DNA from: Bilabrum cf. latius
Lineage: Eukaryota
Reading direction: 5' to 3'
Assembly (NCBI GenBank): GCA_965178125.1
Contig: OZ237741.1
Coordinates: 620,001 to 684,000 of the forward strand
Length of the DNA: 64,000 nt
This document shows, one piece after another, positions 36,042 through 47,200 of the stretch. A program made the position numbers and the translations under genes. The notes beneath the pieces are model-generated. The model saw only the letters and a list, made by a program, of their open reading frames with translations, was not told the origin of the DNA and did no database searches. Each line of letters opens with the position of its first letter. The stretch's first letter is position 1.

Positions 36042-37807
36042 ATGGATTTTGACCAGAGTTACGTTGGCACAAGTCCCAGATTTGATCGAACGACTGGCGG
36101 CACCAGCTTTGATGCATCTCCTCGCGGAGATCTCGCCGGTGCAGATGGAGACGACTATTCTTCAGGAGCTGTAGCCGTACCATCGTCGAGGGGGGCTGGT
36201 GTCCGGGTGTCTGGCATGCCCTCGCAGCCAAAGGCTGCGCCTCGCAGCAAGGTACTGCTCATGGGCAAGAGTGGAGCGGGCAAGACGTCAATGAGGAGTA
36301 TCATTTTTGCAAACTTTGCTGCTAGACAAACCGAAAGCTTGGAAGCGACCCATAATGTGGAACGCTCAAGCCTGCGGTTCCTGGGAGATTTGGTAAGCTT
36401 CAGCATGCCTTGTCTGATGCAGCGGCACTTGCAATCCGACCAAGCCTGCCTTATGTTGATGGCATCAAAATTCATCGCAGGTTTTGTCGCTGTGGGACTG
36501 TGGTGGTCAAGACTAGCTGTACGATACGTATTTCAACAGCGAAAGGGAAGGTATATTCAGCGGCGTGGCTCTCATGATCTATGTGTTTTCCGTTGTTTCG
36601 AAAGAAATTGACAAGGACATGGAGTATTACAGAGGGACCATGGCTGCACTGCAGCAGTTCTCCCCGGATGCCAAGGTGAGGACCTCGCCGATGCAGCATG
36701 TCCAACAAGGCGGCTCTCGATCAGCATGGCTCATGCCAACTGCACACAAAAATTTGGCATCCACGTCGCGCAGGTAGTGTGTCTGGTCCACAAAATGGAT
36801 CTCGTGGCCAACTTGGAACGAGAGCGAAAGCTGGCCTTCCACGAGGAGGCCATCCGGGCCAACAGTGTGGCTCTCAGGTCCACGGGCAAGGGCGCCATGG
36901 GCGTGGACGTGCACCCCACCACCATCTGGGACGAGAGCCTGTACGCAGCATGGTCGCAAATCGTGCACCGGCTGGTGCCCAACATCAACTCTCTCGAGAA
37001 GAAAGTCCACAGCCTCTGCGCAGCGTGCGGTGCCGACGAAGCGGTGCTGTTTGAGCGCACTACCTTCCTCGTGCTGACCACAGCAAGCAGGAGGCCGCAC
37101 AAGGACGGGCACAGGCACGAGAAACTCTCCAACATCGTCAAGCAGTTCAAGCTCTCGTGCGCCAACGCGAGCGCAGAGTTCGCTGCGATGACCATCAGCG
37201 GCTCCCGCTTCAAGGCTGTCCTCGAGGCTCTCACGGAGCACACCTTCGTGTTGCTGGTGATCTCCGACCCGGCAGTGCGTGAGTATATGAGGTCTTGCCC
37301 ATCTGCATGGGTGCTTTGCTCACGCTTTCGTTCCGATTCCGTTCAACCCGCGCGTGCACCGTCCGCGAGCCCAACGTACTCTCTCCTCGTGCACTCGTCC
37401 CCTTGTATATCGCAGCCGAAGGGGCCGTGGTGCTGAACGTGAAGGCTGCAAGGCCCGCATTCCAGATCGCGCTGGACGGGGCCATCAGCGGCAGCAGCAG
37501 CGGGTCGGCGGGAGCCGGTCGGTCAGCTAGGGCTCCAGGCGCTGCAGGTGGTGGGGCAGCCACTGGCGGTGCAGGCGGCGGCAAGGGTGCCATAGAAGAA
37601 TCCAAGGCGGACGGTGAGACAGATGTTGCCCGTGGAGACGTGTCGAGGTCCAGCGGCGTTGCCTCGTAGGCTATAACCGCTGCCTCCTTTGGGGGCACTC
37701 CAGGGGGCGCGAGGGGAGGGGCCTTCGGGGATGCCTCCCTCGCGTCTCCTGCCAGGGGGATGGGGGCTGGCGCGGAGGGCAGCGGGTCTGGTGGGGGCCT
37801 GCGATGA
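36042..37807 (+). CDS. RRAGA: Rag GTPase RagA/B (Gtr1-like), about 480 aa, join(36042..36392,36481..36675,36774..37278,37416..37807)
   Basis: KVLLMGKSGAGKTSMRSIIFAN, LWDCGGQD, CLVHKMDLV, TTIWDESLYAAWSQIV, LFERTTFLV, HRHEKLSNIVKQFKLSC. TAG at 36514 and 37667. Ends TGA. Confidence 0.9.
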
Positions 37808-38017
37808 GGTGAAGTAGGATTATACGATGGCGGCCTCTGCCCCTCGTTGGTGGCTCGCGGCCCTCTCGTGACTGGGGTTGGAGCGGGTGTGTGAGGTCGG
37901 CTGTCTTCAAAACTTGAAATGCTACTTAGAGAGAGTATCTGGGGGTTGCAAATCAATTCGTGCCATTCATAGTCACCATAGGGACCCCGAATGCGACATG
38001 GACGGCACTCGCTGCCC

Positions 38018-38788
38018 TCATGTGAAGGTCTTCTTTGTCATGATCGTGTAGAACTCGTCGGCGTTGATCTCCCCGTCGTTGTCAGTGTCTGCTCGCTCGA
38101 TCATCTCGTGCAGCTCTGCCTCCGTCATCGTCTCTCCCAGCTCCTTCGCAACTCGCTTCAGGTTGCGCAGGCTGATCTTTCCGGTACCATCATCGTCAAA
38201 CAAGTTGAAAATCTTGTCAATGTCAGACCTAGAATCCTTATCGCTCTGCGATAGCGCATGAACTGAAAAAATCATACAGCAGTTGTCAATAACCAGTGAT
38301 GCGCAGCTAAAGCACAGCAATAGTCCGCGTCTACTCACCATTTTCGCTGTCATCATGTCCAAAAACTCGTCAAAGTCGATTGAGCCACTGGAGTCCTTGT
38401 CGATGTCCTCGATCATCTGATAAATCGTGGCATTCTTCGCTTCAAATCCAAGGCTTTCCATAGCGGCCTTCAATTCTTTCGGATCGATCGTCCCGCTGCC
38501 GTCGGTATCAAAGAGGTTGAACGCCTCACGGATCTCCTCAATCTCCTCTTCCGACAACCCCGGCCTGTCATACGCCCTTCCTCGTCGACGGGGTGAACCT
38601 CTGCCAGCTCCAGAAGAAGCCTGCGAAAGAAAAAGTTTTGCGAATGCTCCCGTTGCGGTCATCAGAAAGCTCCACGCAGACTCGTGGCGGAACCTGTACC
38701 TGTTGTGGTCCGTTCACTACAATCACAATGAAATCGACCGATTCATTGAGAGACAGTAAACTTTATCAAGATCATTAGCACTCACCAT
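38018..38788 (-). CDS. Centrin (4 EF-hands), about 170 aa, exons 38788-38786, 38620-38339, 38245-38018
   Basis: [71 protein letters not shown]. The in-frame intron 38338-38246 removes a non-homologous insert. Ends TGA. Confidence 0.92.
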
Positions 38789-39000
38789 CTCTCCTGAACT
38801 AAAGATGAGCGTATGCGAGGAGCGGTTGCCCGTTGGTGAATTGTGTGGTATTTTCTTTTTGTTGCGAATGGATTCGCCCCGAACCCCGGCACAGCGGCAG
38901 ATCTGAACCCCGGTCCCGCTCGAGTTTGCCTCACTCCACTGCATGAACGGGTGCAGCAAAGCCAAGTTGCGTGTTAAACGCCTTATTCGCTCATCAAAAT

Positions 39001-41092
39001 TCAAGTACGCTGCCTGGACTGGCTCCTGGTCACTCGCCGGGGTGCAGCAGACGCCTTGGACTTCTGGGCCCTGCGCCTGCCCCGAGCGGACGCCCTGGCG
39101 CCGCGCCTGGGCGCCTCCTCCTCTTCCTCGTCCTCATCTTCGTCGCCATCGGACACATCCCCTCCATCATCTCCGTAGTCCCCCTCGCTCAGCACGTCCT
39201 CCTCCTCGTCTTCCTCCTTCTCCTCCCGGGCCGCCTCCCTCTCCGTGGCGCCCTCCGCCGCCATCTTCGCCTTGGCGTCAGCTGCGGCCATGCGGCGGCT
39301 GCGGCCCCTGCTGGGGCTGTGCGGGGCCGACTTCATGACCCTGCCCCGGCCGCCTGCTACCTTCCTCCCCTTGCCGGCGCTCTTGCTTGTGCTCTTGCCT
39401 GTGCTCTTGCTGCCCTTCCCAGAGCCGGCCGTCTTGGCTCCCCTCTTGCCTGTGGCGGCCCTGGCCCTTGCCTTGGTCTTGCCCTTGCTGCCAGCTGCGC
39501 GGCGGCCGGCCGATTCCTCCTCCTCCTCCTCCTCCTCTTCCTGATCCTCGTCCACAACCTCAACGGCATCGCCCACCATCGCTGCCGCACCGCTAACCTG
39601 TTCGCCCTGCGCCCGCTACCGCCTGCGCCACCCGCCCATGACCAGCTGCTTCATCACGCGCCCCAGCTCGTCAGGCAGCAGCAGCGCCCCCACCTCGGGG
39701 TCAAACCGAGCCAGCATCGCATCACACAGCGCCCACGGGGCCGCGTCGCACACGCTCTCCGCGTCAAACCATGTCCGCAGGTCAACCCCGCGGATACCCC
39801 TCCACCCCACTAGAACCAGAAGTCTGGCCCCGCCGGCAGGACCACCAGCACCGGCACCCGTGGCAGCCCCCGAGGCAGGCACCGCGGAACCGGACCGCCC
39901 CACGCTGAAGCCGTGCACGCCGTCAAGCTCGGTCTCTCCCAGCTTGGGCACCACCACGTCCACTTCCTCCACGGCGGGGCGGCTGCGGCTGCGGCTCCTG
40001 CCCTTTCCTTTCGCCCGGGACTGGACCCCGGGCACCTCGACCTTGACGGATATCTCCTCACCAGCCCCACCCCCTGTCATCAGAAACTGCCTCACTCCCT
40101 TTGCGAGCCTGCCCACGTCCCATCGGTGAGCGGGCCGCAGCTCACCACTGCCTCCCTTGCCCTTGCCCTTGCCCTTGCCTTTACCTTTGCGCCTGCCACC
40201 AGCGGTAGACACGATGGACCACTCGCCCGGGCAATCCCTCGGCGCGCGCATGACGCCTCTCTCGGGAGAACCGACGCCATCCTCGCCGCCATCAACATCC
40301 CTGGCGGCTTCCTCTTCGTCCTCCTAGTCGCCCTCCATGGCCGCCCCACGGCCCCGGCCACGGCTGCGGCTCCTCGTAGTCCGACGTGTCTCGGAGCCGG
40401 CCCGGCGTCTCTTCGAAGCTCGACCCTCCGTCTCTGATTGCCCGGTGAGATCAATCTCCTCCTCATCCTCCTCATCACCGCTGTCCCTCTCAGCTGCAGC
40501 AGACCTGCTCTTGCGACCGCGCCGAGCGTTGCTGCGCGACCTCTTGGAGCCCGCTTTGCTCTCCGCTTCCCCATCATTAAATGCAACAGACCTACTACGG
40601 CTACTAGATTTACGCTGCTTTCTTTCTTGCGTTGCACGGTGCCGTCGCGCGAACATCCCGCGGCTGGACCTGTTCTTGCCGGTATCGTCGCTGCTCGCGT
40701 CGCCTTCATCTTCCTTAGCAGAGTCCTCCTGCTCTGCTGACTCTGCGATGTTCTGCAACTGCTGTAGAAGCAAAAGAGCCCCTTCATTAGATTCCGGGGA
40801 ACTAGGCTTCGTAGGCTCGTCGAGCTGCGTGCCATTGAGCAAAAGCAAGTGCAGCAAGTGCGTGCAAATATTATGTGGACCGAAATGAATGCCATAGGCC
40901 GCATCGCACTCGTATTCGCACCAAACTTACGATCAATTTATCTCCACAGATTCGCCATACGACCAACAGGAGCTTGTATATGGTGTGTCTGCGTACTTTC
41001 GGGCCTCGTGCAACGTCTGGGCTGATCGCAAACAGAGTTTCCCTCGCATCCCGGTAGGACACCCGCATGCGCCCGCTGCTTTCCTGTTGCAT
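39001..41092 (-). CDS. Hypothetical protein with alternating acidic and basic low-complexity tracts, about 661 aa, exons 41092-40931 and 40824-39001
   Basis: Three same-frame ORFs joined by TAG at 40324 and 39616. Intron GTAAGT...ACGCAG. Ends TGA. Confidence 0.65.
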
Positions 41093-41528
41093 ACATGGCA
41101 GAAATTTTCTTTGGAGCTATAGAACTCTGCTATCACCAGGCATGCCTGCAGGTGGCACGACGCCGTCGTTCAAACGGCCTACGAACAGGTTCCGCTGTTT
41201 GCGCGGCGCCGATTCAAAGAACCTGTGGCTCCGCACGAATTGTGGATCACAAAGTAAGGGCTGCTATGGCAGTACCAAGATCGGCACTTTCGCTGTTTCG
41301 ATCGCAGCCAGTAGAAAGTCATGCATTTGACGGCCTGGATGCATTCGCAAAGTGCCAGCTCCCTTCAGCCACGTCTTCGTGAGTGCTGCCAGTTCGAAGG
41401 AACGTGGCTTCTGCGACGCCGGGCCACTGCCACTCTGTTCGATGGTGTTATTGCGCCACACATCAAGTGATATCAAAGATCCGTGCTATCCCACGGTGAT
41501 TTTGAGATTCTCCCAGTTTCGCGATATC

Positions 41529-43985
41529 ATGAGGTACAACTCGGTGCGTTCCTTCTCGCGTGCTCGCAGTCGACGATCTGGAGGCCGGCCGGCTGCAGGC
41601 GTAAAGGCTGCAGTACCGGGTTCAGGCCTGCCGCATAAAGGTGGTGTAGCTCCCGCTGCGGTGGATATCCGCGGTGAAGCATCTGTGGACCTCGGCATCG
41701 GGTCCCAGCTGGCGAAGGCCGTGGGCGAGCGCAGGGATGGTCCCGAGGCGGCCCGCCGGACTTTCAACGGAAAGACCATGGCGCAGATCCAAGAAGAGCG
41801 CCGCAACCGCGCCAAGCAAGGAGCCCCTGCCATCGCCGCCCCTGCCGCTGCCACCCGGTTCCGCCCCAGCTCGGGGTGGTCCGGGCGCCGCACGCAGAGC
41901 GCGGTGCAGAGCTCTGGAGGAGGCGCCATCTCCACCGGCAGCTTCCCGTCTTTGGGAGGCCTCGCCGACAAGCAGCAGGCCCGCGTGTCTGCCCTGGAAC
42001 TCGCGGGGCAGCAGCAGGCCGCGAGCGGGCGCTGGGCCCTGCAGACCCTGGACGACGAGAGCGACGAAGAGGACGCCGAGGAAGAGGCTGTCGCGCTGCT
42101 GGGATCCGAGGAGGTGCTCCCTCCCGTGGATGCCGCCCCCCAGTCCCCCGCCCAATTCGCCGCTGCCGTTGCCAAGGCGCTTGACGTGAGTATGCTGCCT
42201 TCTGTCGCCAGTGCGTCGTTGCCCTCTTTCTCGCGCTCGTCCACTGTGCTTGTCTGCGTGTGGGTTTGTATTGGTTTAGTCGCACGATTTATCGGTTTTC
42301 GGGGGATCCCACCCCCGTTGGCTTTCATGCCCGTGCTAGATCAGCGGTCAGGAGCACTTGTGCACCTGGCCGGCTAGGCGTAATTAGCGCCCGCCTCGAT
42401 CCCGGCCCATGGTGTAACCTGCTGGCCTTTGCGTGCTTGCTCTGCCGACTGTTCGCCTGGTGTTGCGGGGGGTGGGCAGGGTGGGCTCCGGTCGGTATTC
42501 GACCGGCTGCCTGCCGCTACTGCCTGCTCTCCTGCTTCGCCGGGTGTCCGACTGGCGGTGCTTGCCGTCAGCAGGCCGCCATGGGCTTCCAACGGGTCGG
42601 GCGTCAGTCCGCCTTGGCGCAATCGTTTTGATTTCAGTTTTTGTCTCTGTCTTGCTGTGTACCCGCGCGATGCCTTGAACGATCTCTTCGTGGATCTTGC
42701 GCAACGCGCGGCGCTAGACTTCTAGCCCACCTGGCGATCTCGTGGCCAGAGCACCGAATGGACTCTGAATACGGACGATGTGTTTCTAATGCATTTCCAC
42801 GGGCTGACGTGCACGTCTATCCGGACCTACCGACCCGCCCGCCACCACTCGATCGCGCAGGATTTCTCCATGTTCATGAACGTGGACAAGTTCGTCACGG
42901 CCGCGTCCAAGACTTTGCCCCAGGACGGCCTCGGGGCCAGGCACCAGATTGTGCTGAGCGTGCTCACGCAGACCTTCGACCCGTCCATCTGGGAGGAGAG
43001 GGCACTGAGGGCCCTGCCCGACCTCGTGCTGGCGCTGCTTGAGAGGCACGTGGTGGACACCCGCATGTTCCGGCTGGGCGTGTCTCTGGCGCTGGAGCAG
43101 CTGCCCAGCCTGCAGACGGACTACCCCAAGGCCGACGAGCAGATGGGCCGAGTGCTGAGCGCGGTGGCCATGAAGGACCACCGCCTCTTCGGGCCGCTCC
43201 CCAGCATGGACGGCATGGACCTGGCCTCTTCCATGGGCGAGCGCATGCAGACCTCGGCAAAGCTGGCAGACGCCATCGAGGCAGCTGCCGCCGAGCAGGC
43301 CCGCAAGGAGGCGGACAGGCAGGAGCGCGTCAGGGAGAGGGACGAGAGGAGGAGGCAGCAAGCCGCCAAGGCGCAGGCCCTGTCTCAGGGAGTGGTCATG
43401 CCGGTGGCATCCGCCCTGGGCTCTCAGGCTGCTGGCGGCGGTGCCAGCCGCGAGGAGGAGGAGGAGAGGAGGAGGGAGAAGGAGGCTGCTGCGGAGGCGG
43501 CCCGCCAGGCCAAGCGGGAGAAGGCGGCGGCTGCGGCTGCCGAGAGGCGTCGCAAGAGGGAGGAAGCGGACAGGCAGGCCAAGGCGCGGGCGGCGGAGGT
43601 GGCCGAGCAGAGGAGGAAAAAGGAGGCGGCGGCAAGGGCGAGGCTGGAGGCGGAGGCTGCGGCGGCCTCGGCTAGCGCCGCCATCGCCGCCGCGCCTCGC
43701 GGGGACTTTGGCGGCAAGGGCTCCGGGGCGGACAGCGGGGCGGCTGCCGGGTCCGAAGCGGCTGGCGGCGGCGCGGCTTCCGAGCAGGGCGCGGGAGGTG
43801 CGGCGGCAGAGCTGGATGACCTGTACGCGGACGCCAAGCCCAAGGGCAAGAAGAAGAAGAAGAAGGGGAAGAAGGAGGGCGAGGCCGACCCGGCTGCTGG
43901 CGCAGCAGATTTGGAGGACATGTACGCCGATGCCAAGCCCAAGGGAAAGAAGAAGAAAAAGAAGAAGGCTAAGAAGGAGGAGTGA
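41529..43985 (+). CDS. MA3/MI-domain protein (eIF4G/PDCD4-type helical domain) with coiled-coil and Lys-rich tail, about 593 aa, join(41529..42185,42861..43985)
   Basis: The spliced product contains VAKALDDFSMF...LVLALLERHVV...FRLGVSLALEQLPSLQTDYPKADEQMGRVL, matching the MA3 pattern. The 675-nt GT-AG intron is phase 0. A small in-frame intron at 41534..41569 is possible. Ends TGA. Confidence 0.65.
42388..42603 (+). ncRNA. Candidate structured intronic RNA (long rod-like hairpin)
   Basis: Nested complementary arms around the apex CCGGTCG-GTATT-CGACCGG, with many G-U pairs on the + strand. No family recognised. Confidence 0.4.
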
Positions 43986-44289
43986 GTGAGCCCCTGGACC
44001 GGGATCTCGGCAACTGCACTTGCTGAGTGCGTCTGCGTACAACTCGAAGCTATTGCGTGTCGCAGCAAAAACCTCTTTAACTTACCATCATTGGAAATTC
44101 GGAATTCATGTAAGCGTTCGCCACACCGAAGTTTTCTGTGCATTATTCGATTACATGCATTTGGCTGTGTGTGCGCTACTCGGTGAGGCAGATCCCCAAA
44201 AGGCTGCGCCTCACACCACCAAGCAGCATCACAGGGTCGGCCTTAGCATAAGTAGGTGGTAATCTGCCTAGATTGCATGCCACTCTCGG

Positions 44290-47200
44290 TCACAGCCTGC
44301 GCTCCTCATCGCGATCACTGAAAAGGTCGTTTCTGGCGATGCGGTCAGACTAGGGGAAGTTGCCCAGGTTCGGGAGCACGAAAGGAACGTTGTCCTCAAG
44401 CACGCCAAACCACTCAGAGATGCCCTCCCAGAGCCCCTCCCAGGACATGGTAGGGATCAGGCGGCCCCTCCCAATGTTGAGCTCACTCCCGTCGCGGAGG
44501 TCGGTCGGGAACTTGCCGTGGACCTTCCCTCCACGGACCGACCCACCCATGACGAAGGTGTTGCCACCCCAGGCGTGATCCGTGCCTGCGCCATTACTAG
44601 TGATGGTCCTGCCGAACTCAGACGCGGCGACAATGGTGGTGTTCCTCCACAACCCCTGCAGCTTCATCTCCTCCATAAAGCTGGTCAGAGCGACGTCGAT
44701 CTGCGGGAACTTGTCCTCGAGGGTGGCAAAGGCGTCGGAGTGGGAATCAAATCCCCTAATTTCAACGTAAAACGCGTCTCGCTTCGATCCGAGGTACTGT
44801 CGCGCTGCCACGATACGAGCTGCTTGCTCCAGCTGCCGGGCAAGGCTTGATGGGTTGCTTCCGGCTGTCGCCTCGAATCGCTGCTTCAGTTCTCCGTGAG
44901 TGTCGATCGAATCCGCCAGTTCCTTGGATCTATGCAGCGCCCCCAGCATCTGGCGGGACCACGTGTCTGCGTGATATCCGGTGGACCCGTTCCTGACCAG
45001 CGACTCGATGGCGCCGTGCAGATGCTCCGTGCGGCCGTTCTCGTCGAACATCACTGCGCCCTGCCACTGGTCGATGATGTCTGCCGCTCCAGTTTCCGAC
45101 CCACCCACGGCAATGCTGTTGCCCTCGACCGAGTACACGCTGCAGCTACCTCCTTGCCAGGTCAGTGCATCCTTGAGCCGGCCCAGAATACCCTTGCCAT
45201 CTACGCCCTGCGCATGCACTGTCTACGTCGCCTTGGACTGCACGTTGTGCGCCAGCAGCTGAGGCGGCAGCTGCACACCGCCTGCATCGTACTGTTCCTT
45301 GGATACTGGCTCCACCATGGGCCCGATGTTAGCCACGAAGGCAGCCTCACCCTCGTCGTACAGCTCCTGCAACAGCGGCAGACGGTAGTGCACCCCGAAG
45401 GTGTCGCAGGGCTGCGTTCCCTGGGGAACAGCGATCTCCAGCAGCTGCGACCTGGGTAGCGCAACGTCGCCCCTGACCTCCTGGTACTGCGCATACATGT
45501 CCGTACCTTCGCAGCCCGAGTGGGGCACCAACATGTTGAACGAATCCACCCCGCCGGACAAAAAGAGGTACACGAGCACTTTGTAGTCGCTGTCCTCCTC
45601 ATTCTGCGTATTGGCCGAAGATTCATCCTGTTCATCGGCGATTGCACCGGCTGCCTGCCCGGATGCCTCGTGCATGCCTGCAACATGGAATTCCGGGGCA
45701 GCGACGATAAGCTGCAGCGCCGCATTGAGGATGTCTCTCTCAGTCCACGCCGCCTCCGAGTCGTTGGTCATGGAGACGAAGGTACCCTCGATGATGGATC
45801 GGGTCTGCTCGCTCATGCGGCCACCCGTCAGCACCAGGTCTAGCTCCTTGGTGAGTGCCGCGGCCTGGGCGTGCATGTCCTCTGGCTCCTAAGCAGGCAT
45901 GGGCGGGCGCCAAGACAGGTAACCGCTCCAGTATGCGTCCGGGTCCTCGCGTCGCTCGCGAAGCTTGATGCATGGAACGTAGCTGATTGCTTGCCCCAGC
46001 CCTCGGTCGCAGCTTGTCATCCCGTACTCAACCAGGGAGAGCATTGCGTTGAGCCATGTGATGGTAGTGGGCGTGTTCACAATCTGCGACTCGGGCGAAA
46101 CCAGCTGTGACTATGATATCTTGCCGACTGGACTGAAGTCCGACTGATAAAAGTTGAAGACGGAGGGGCTCAGGTATGGGGACTCCATCAGTCGCTGCTC
46201 CAGCAGCCGCATCTCCAGATCCATCCCGTCTCTGGGGCTATACTCCAGTCCTCGCAGCAGGTGCATCAGCTTGATCAGCGGCTCCCGCATGCGGCCGTGC
46301 GAAGGGTCCTGCTCCAGCGAGGGACTCAGGGCCTCCCTGTCCAGCAGCACCGCGGCGATCGTGGCTGCCATGTCGCCGTACTCTCCCGTCCCGAACGACC
46401 CGAACTGGCCGTCGATGAATGCGCCTGCAACTCTCTCCACGTACCCCGGGCTGGGATTGGACGTGGTGAACCGCTTGATCATGAAGTCGGCCACGAAGGG
46501 CGGCACGTTCTCGTGCTCCACGTACAGGTCAAGGGCAGCCTCCGTCTCGTGTTGCATGTCCCGGACGGCCTGCTCCCAGTGCGAGTTGAACTGAGGGGGG
46601 TTCCGGAACGCGAAGACAGCCTCGCCGTCGCCGGCCCCGATGCGGACGGTGCTTGCAGTGTTGGACAGCCAGCGCCACTTGCTCCTCACCTTGGCCCGGA
46701 AGATGGTGCGATCGTCGATCCCGTTCCCAACACTCTCGGCGTGTAGGAATACCGTCACTCCGTGGTCGTCTGCGAGGCGGGTGCAGGCCTCGGTGGAGCA
46801 CGCGGCGTATGTCCCGGCATCGAAGGAGGTAGGGTCTGGGGCCCCGATGTGGAGTCTGCTTGCAACCTCCATCCTGCTCTGTGGGACGTCGGAGAAGACC
46901 GTCTCTGTCACCACGGTGGCGTTGCACAGGAGCACGGCAGAGGGCTTCTCACCGCCGCCCGCCGACACGGATTCCCCACCCGCTTCCACGACTTTCTCGC
47001 AGGCGCTGGCCGGATAGGAGCCCGTTTGCGGAGTGGGAAATTCGCCTGACTCCCACAACACCCTGAAAGGATACATCATCTGGCCTTGCTGCACTCGCGT
47101 ATCCGCAGTGACTTCGTTCACTTCCTTTGCCCCGAATCGATGAATGGCGGACACGCGCCCGTCTTGTTGCACCTGCGCCTGGATCTGACACGGACCCGCG

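Noticed and set aside
34168-36516. UAG = Ser
   Set aside because: It was suggested by eIF5B RG[TAG]NLCD and is compatible with the RagA site, but more sites (MFS, beta-helix, LRR, YEATS, DUF1501, CAG runs) point to Gln. It is kept as a caveat in the findings.
39616-41092. CENP-N-like identity for the hypothetical protein
   Set aside because: The resemblance is only a vague pattern and cannot be supported without a profile search.
41140-41153. pUC polylinker-like GCATGCCTGCAGGT
   Set aside because: The match is only 14 bp with no flanking vector sequence, so it is likely chance.
42388-42603. SRP RNA, RNase P/MRP or telomerase RNA identity for the intronic hairpin
   Set aside because: I could not find the SRP helix-8 motif, the RNase P/MRP conserved boxes or a telomeric template on either strand, so it is left unassigned.
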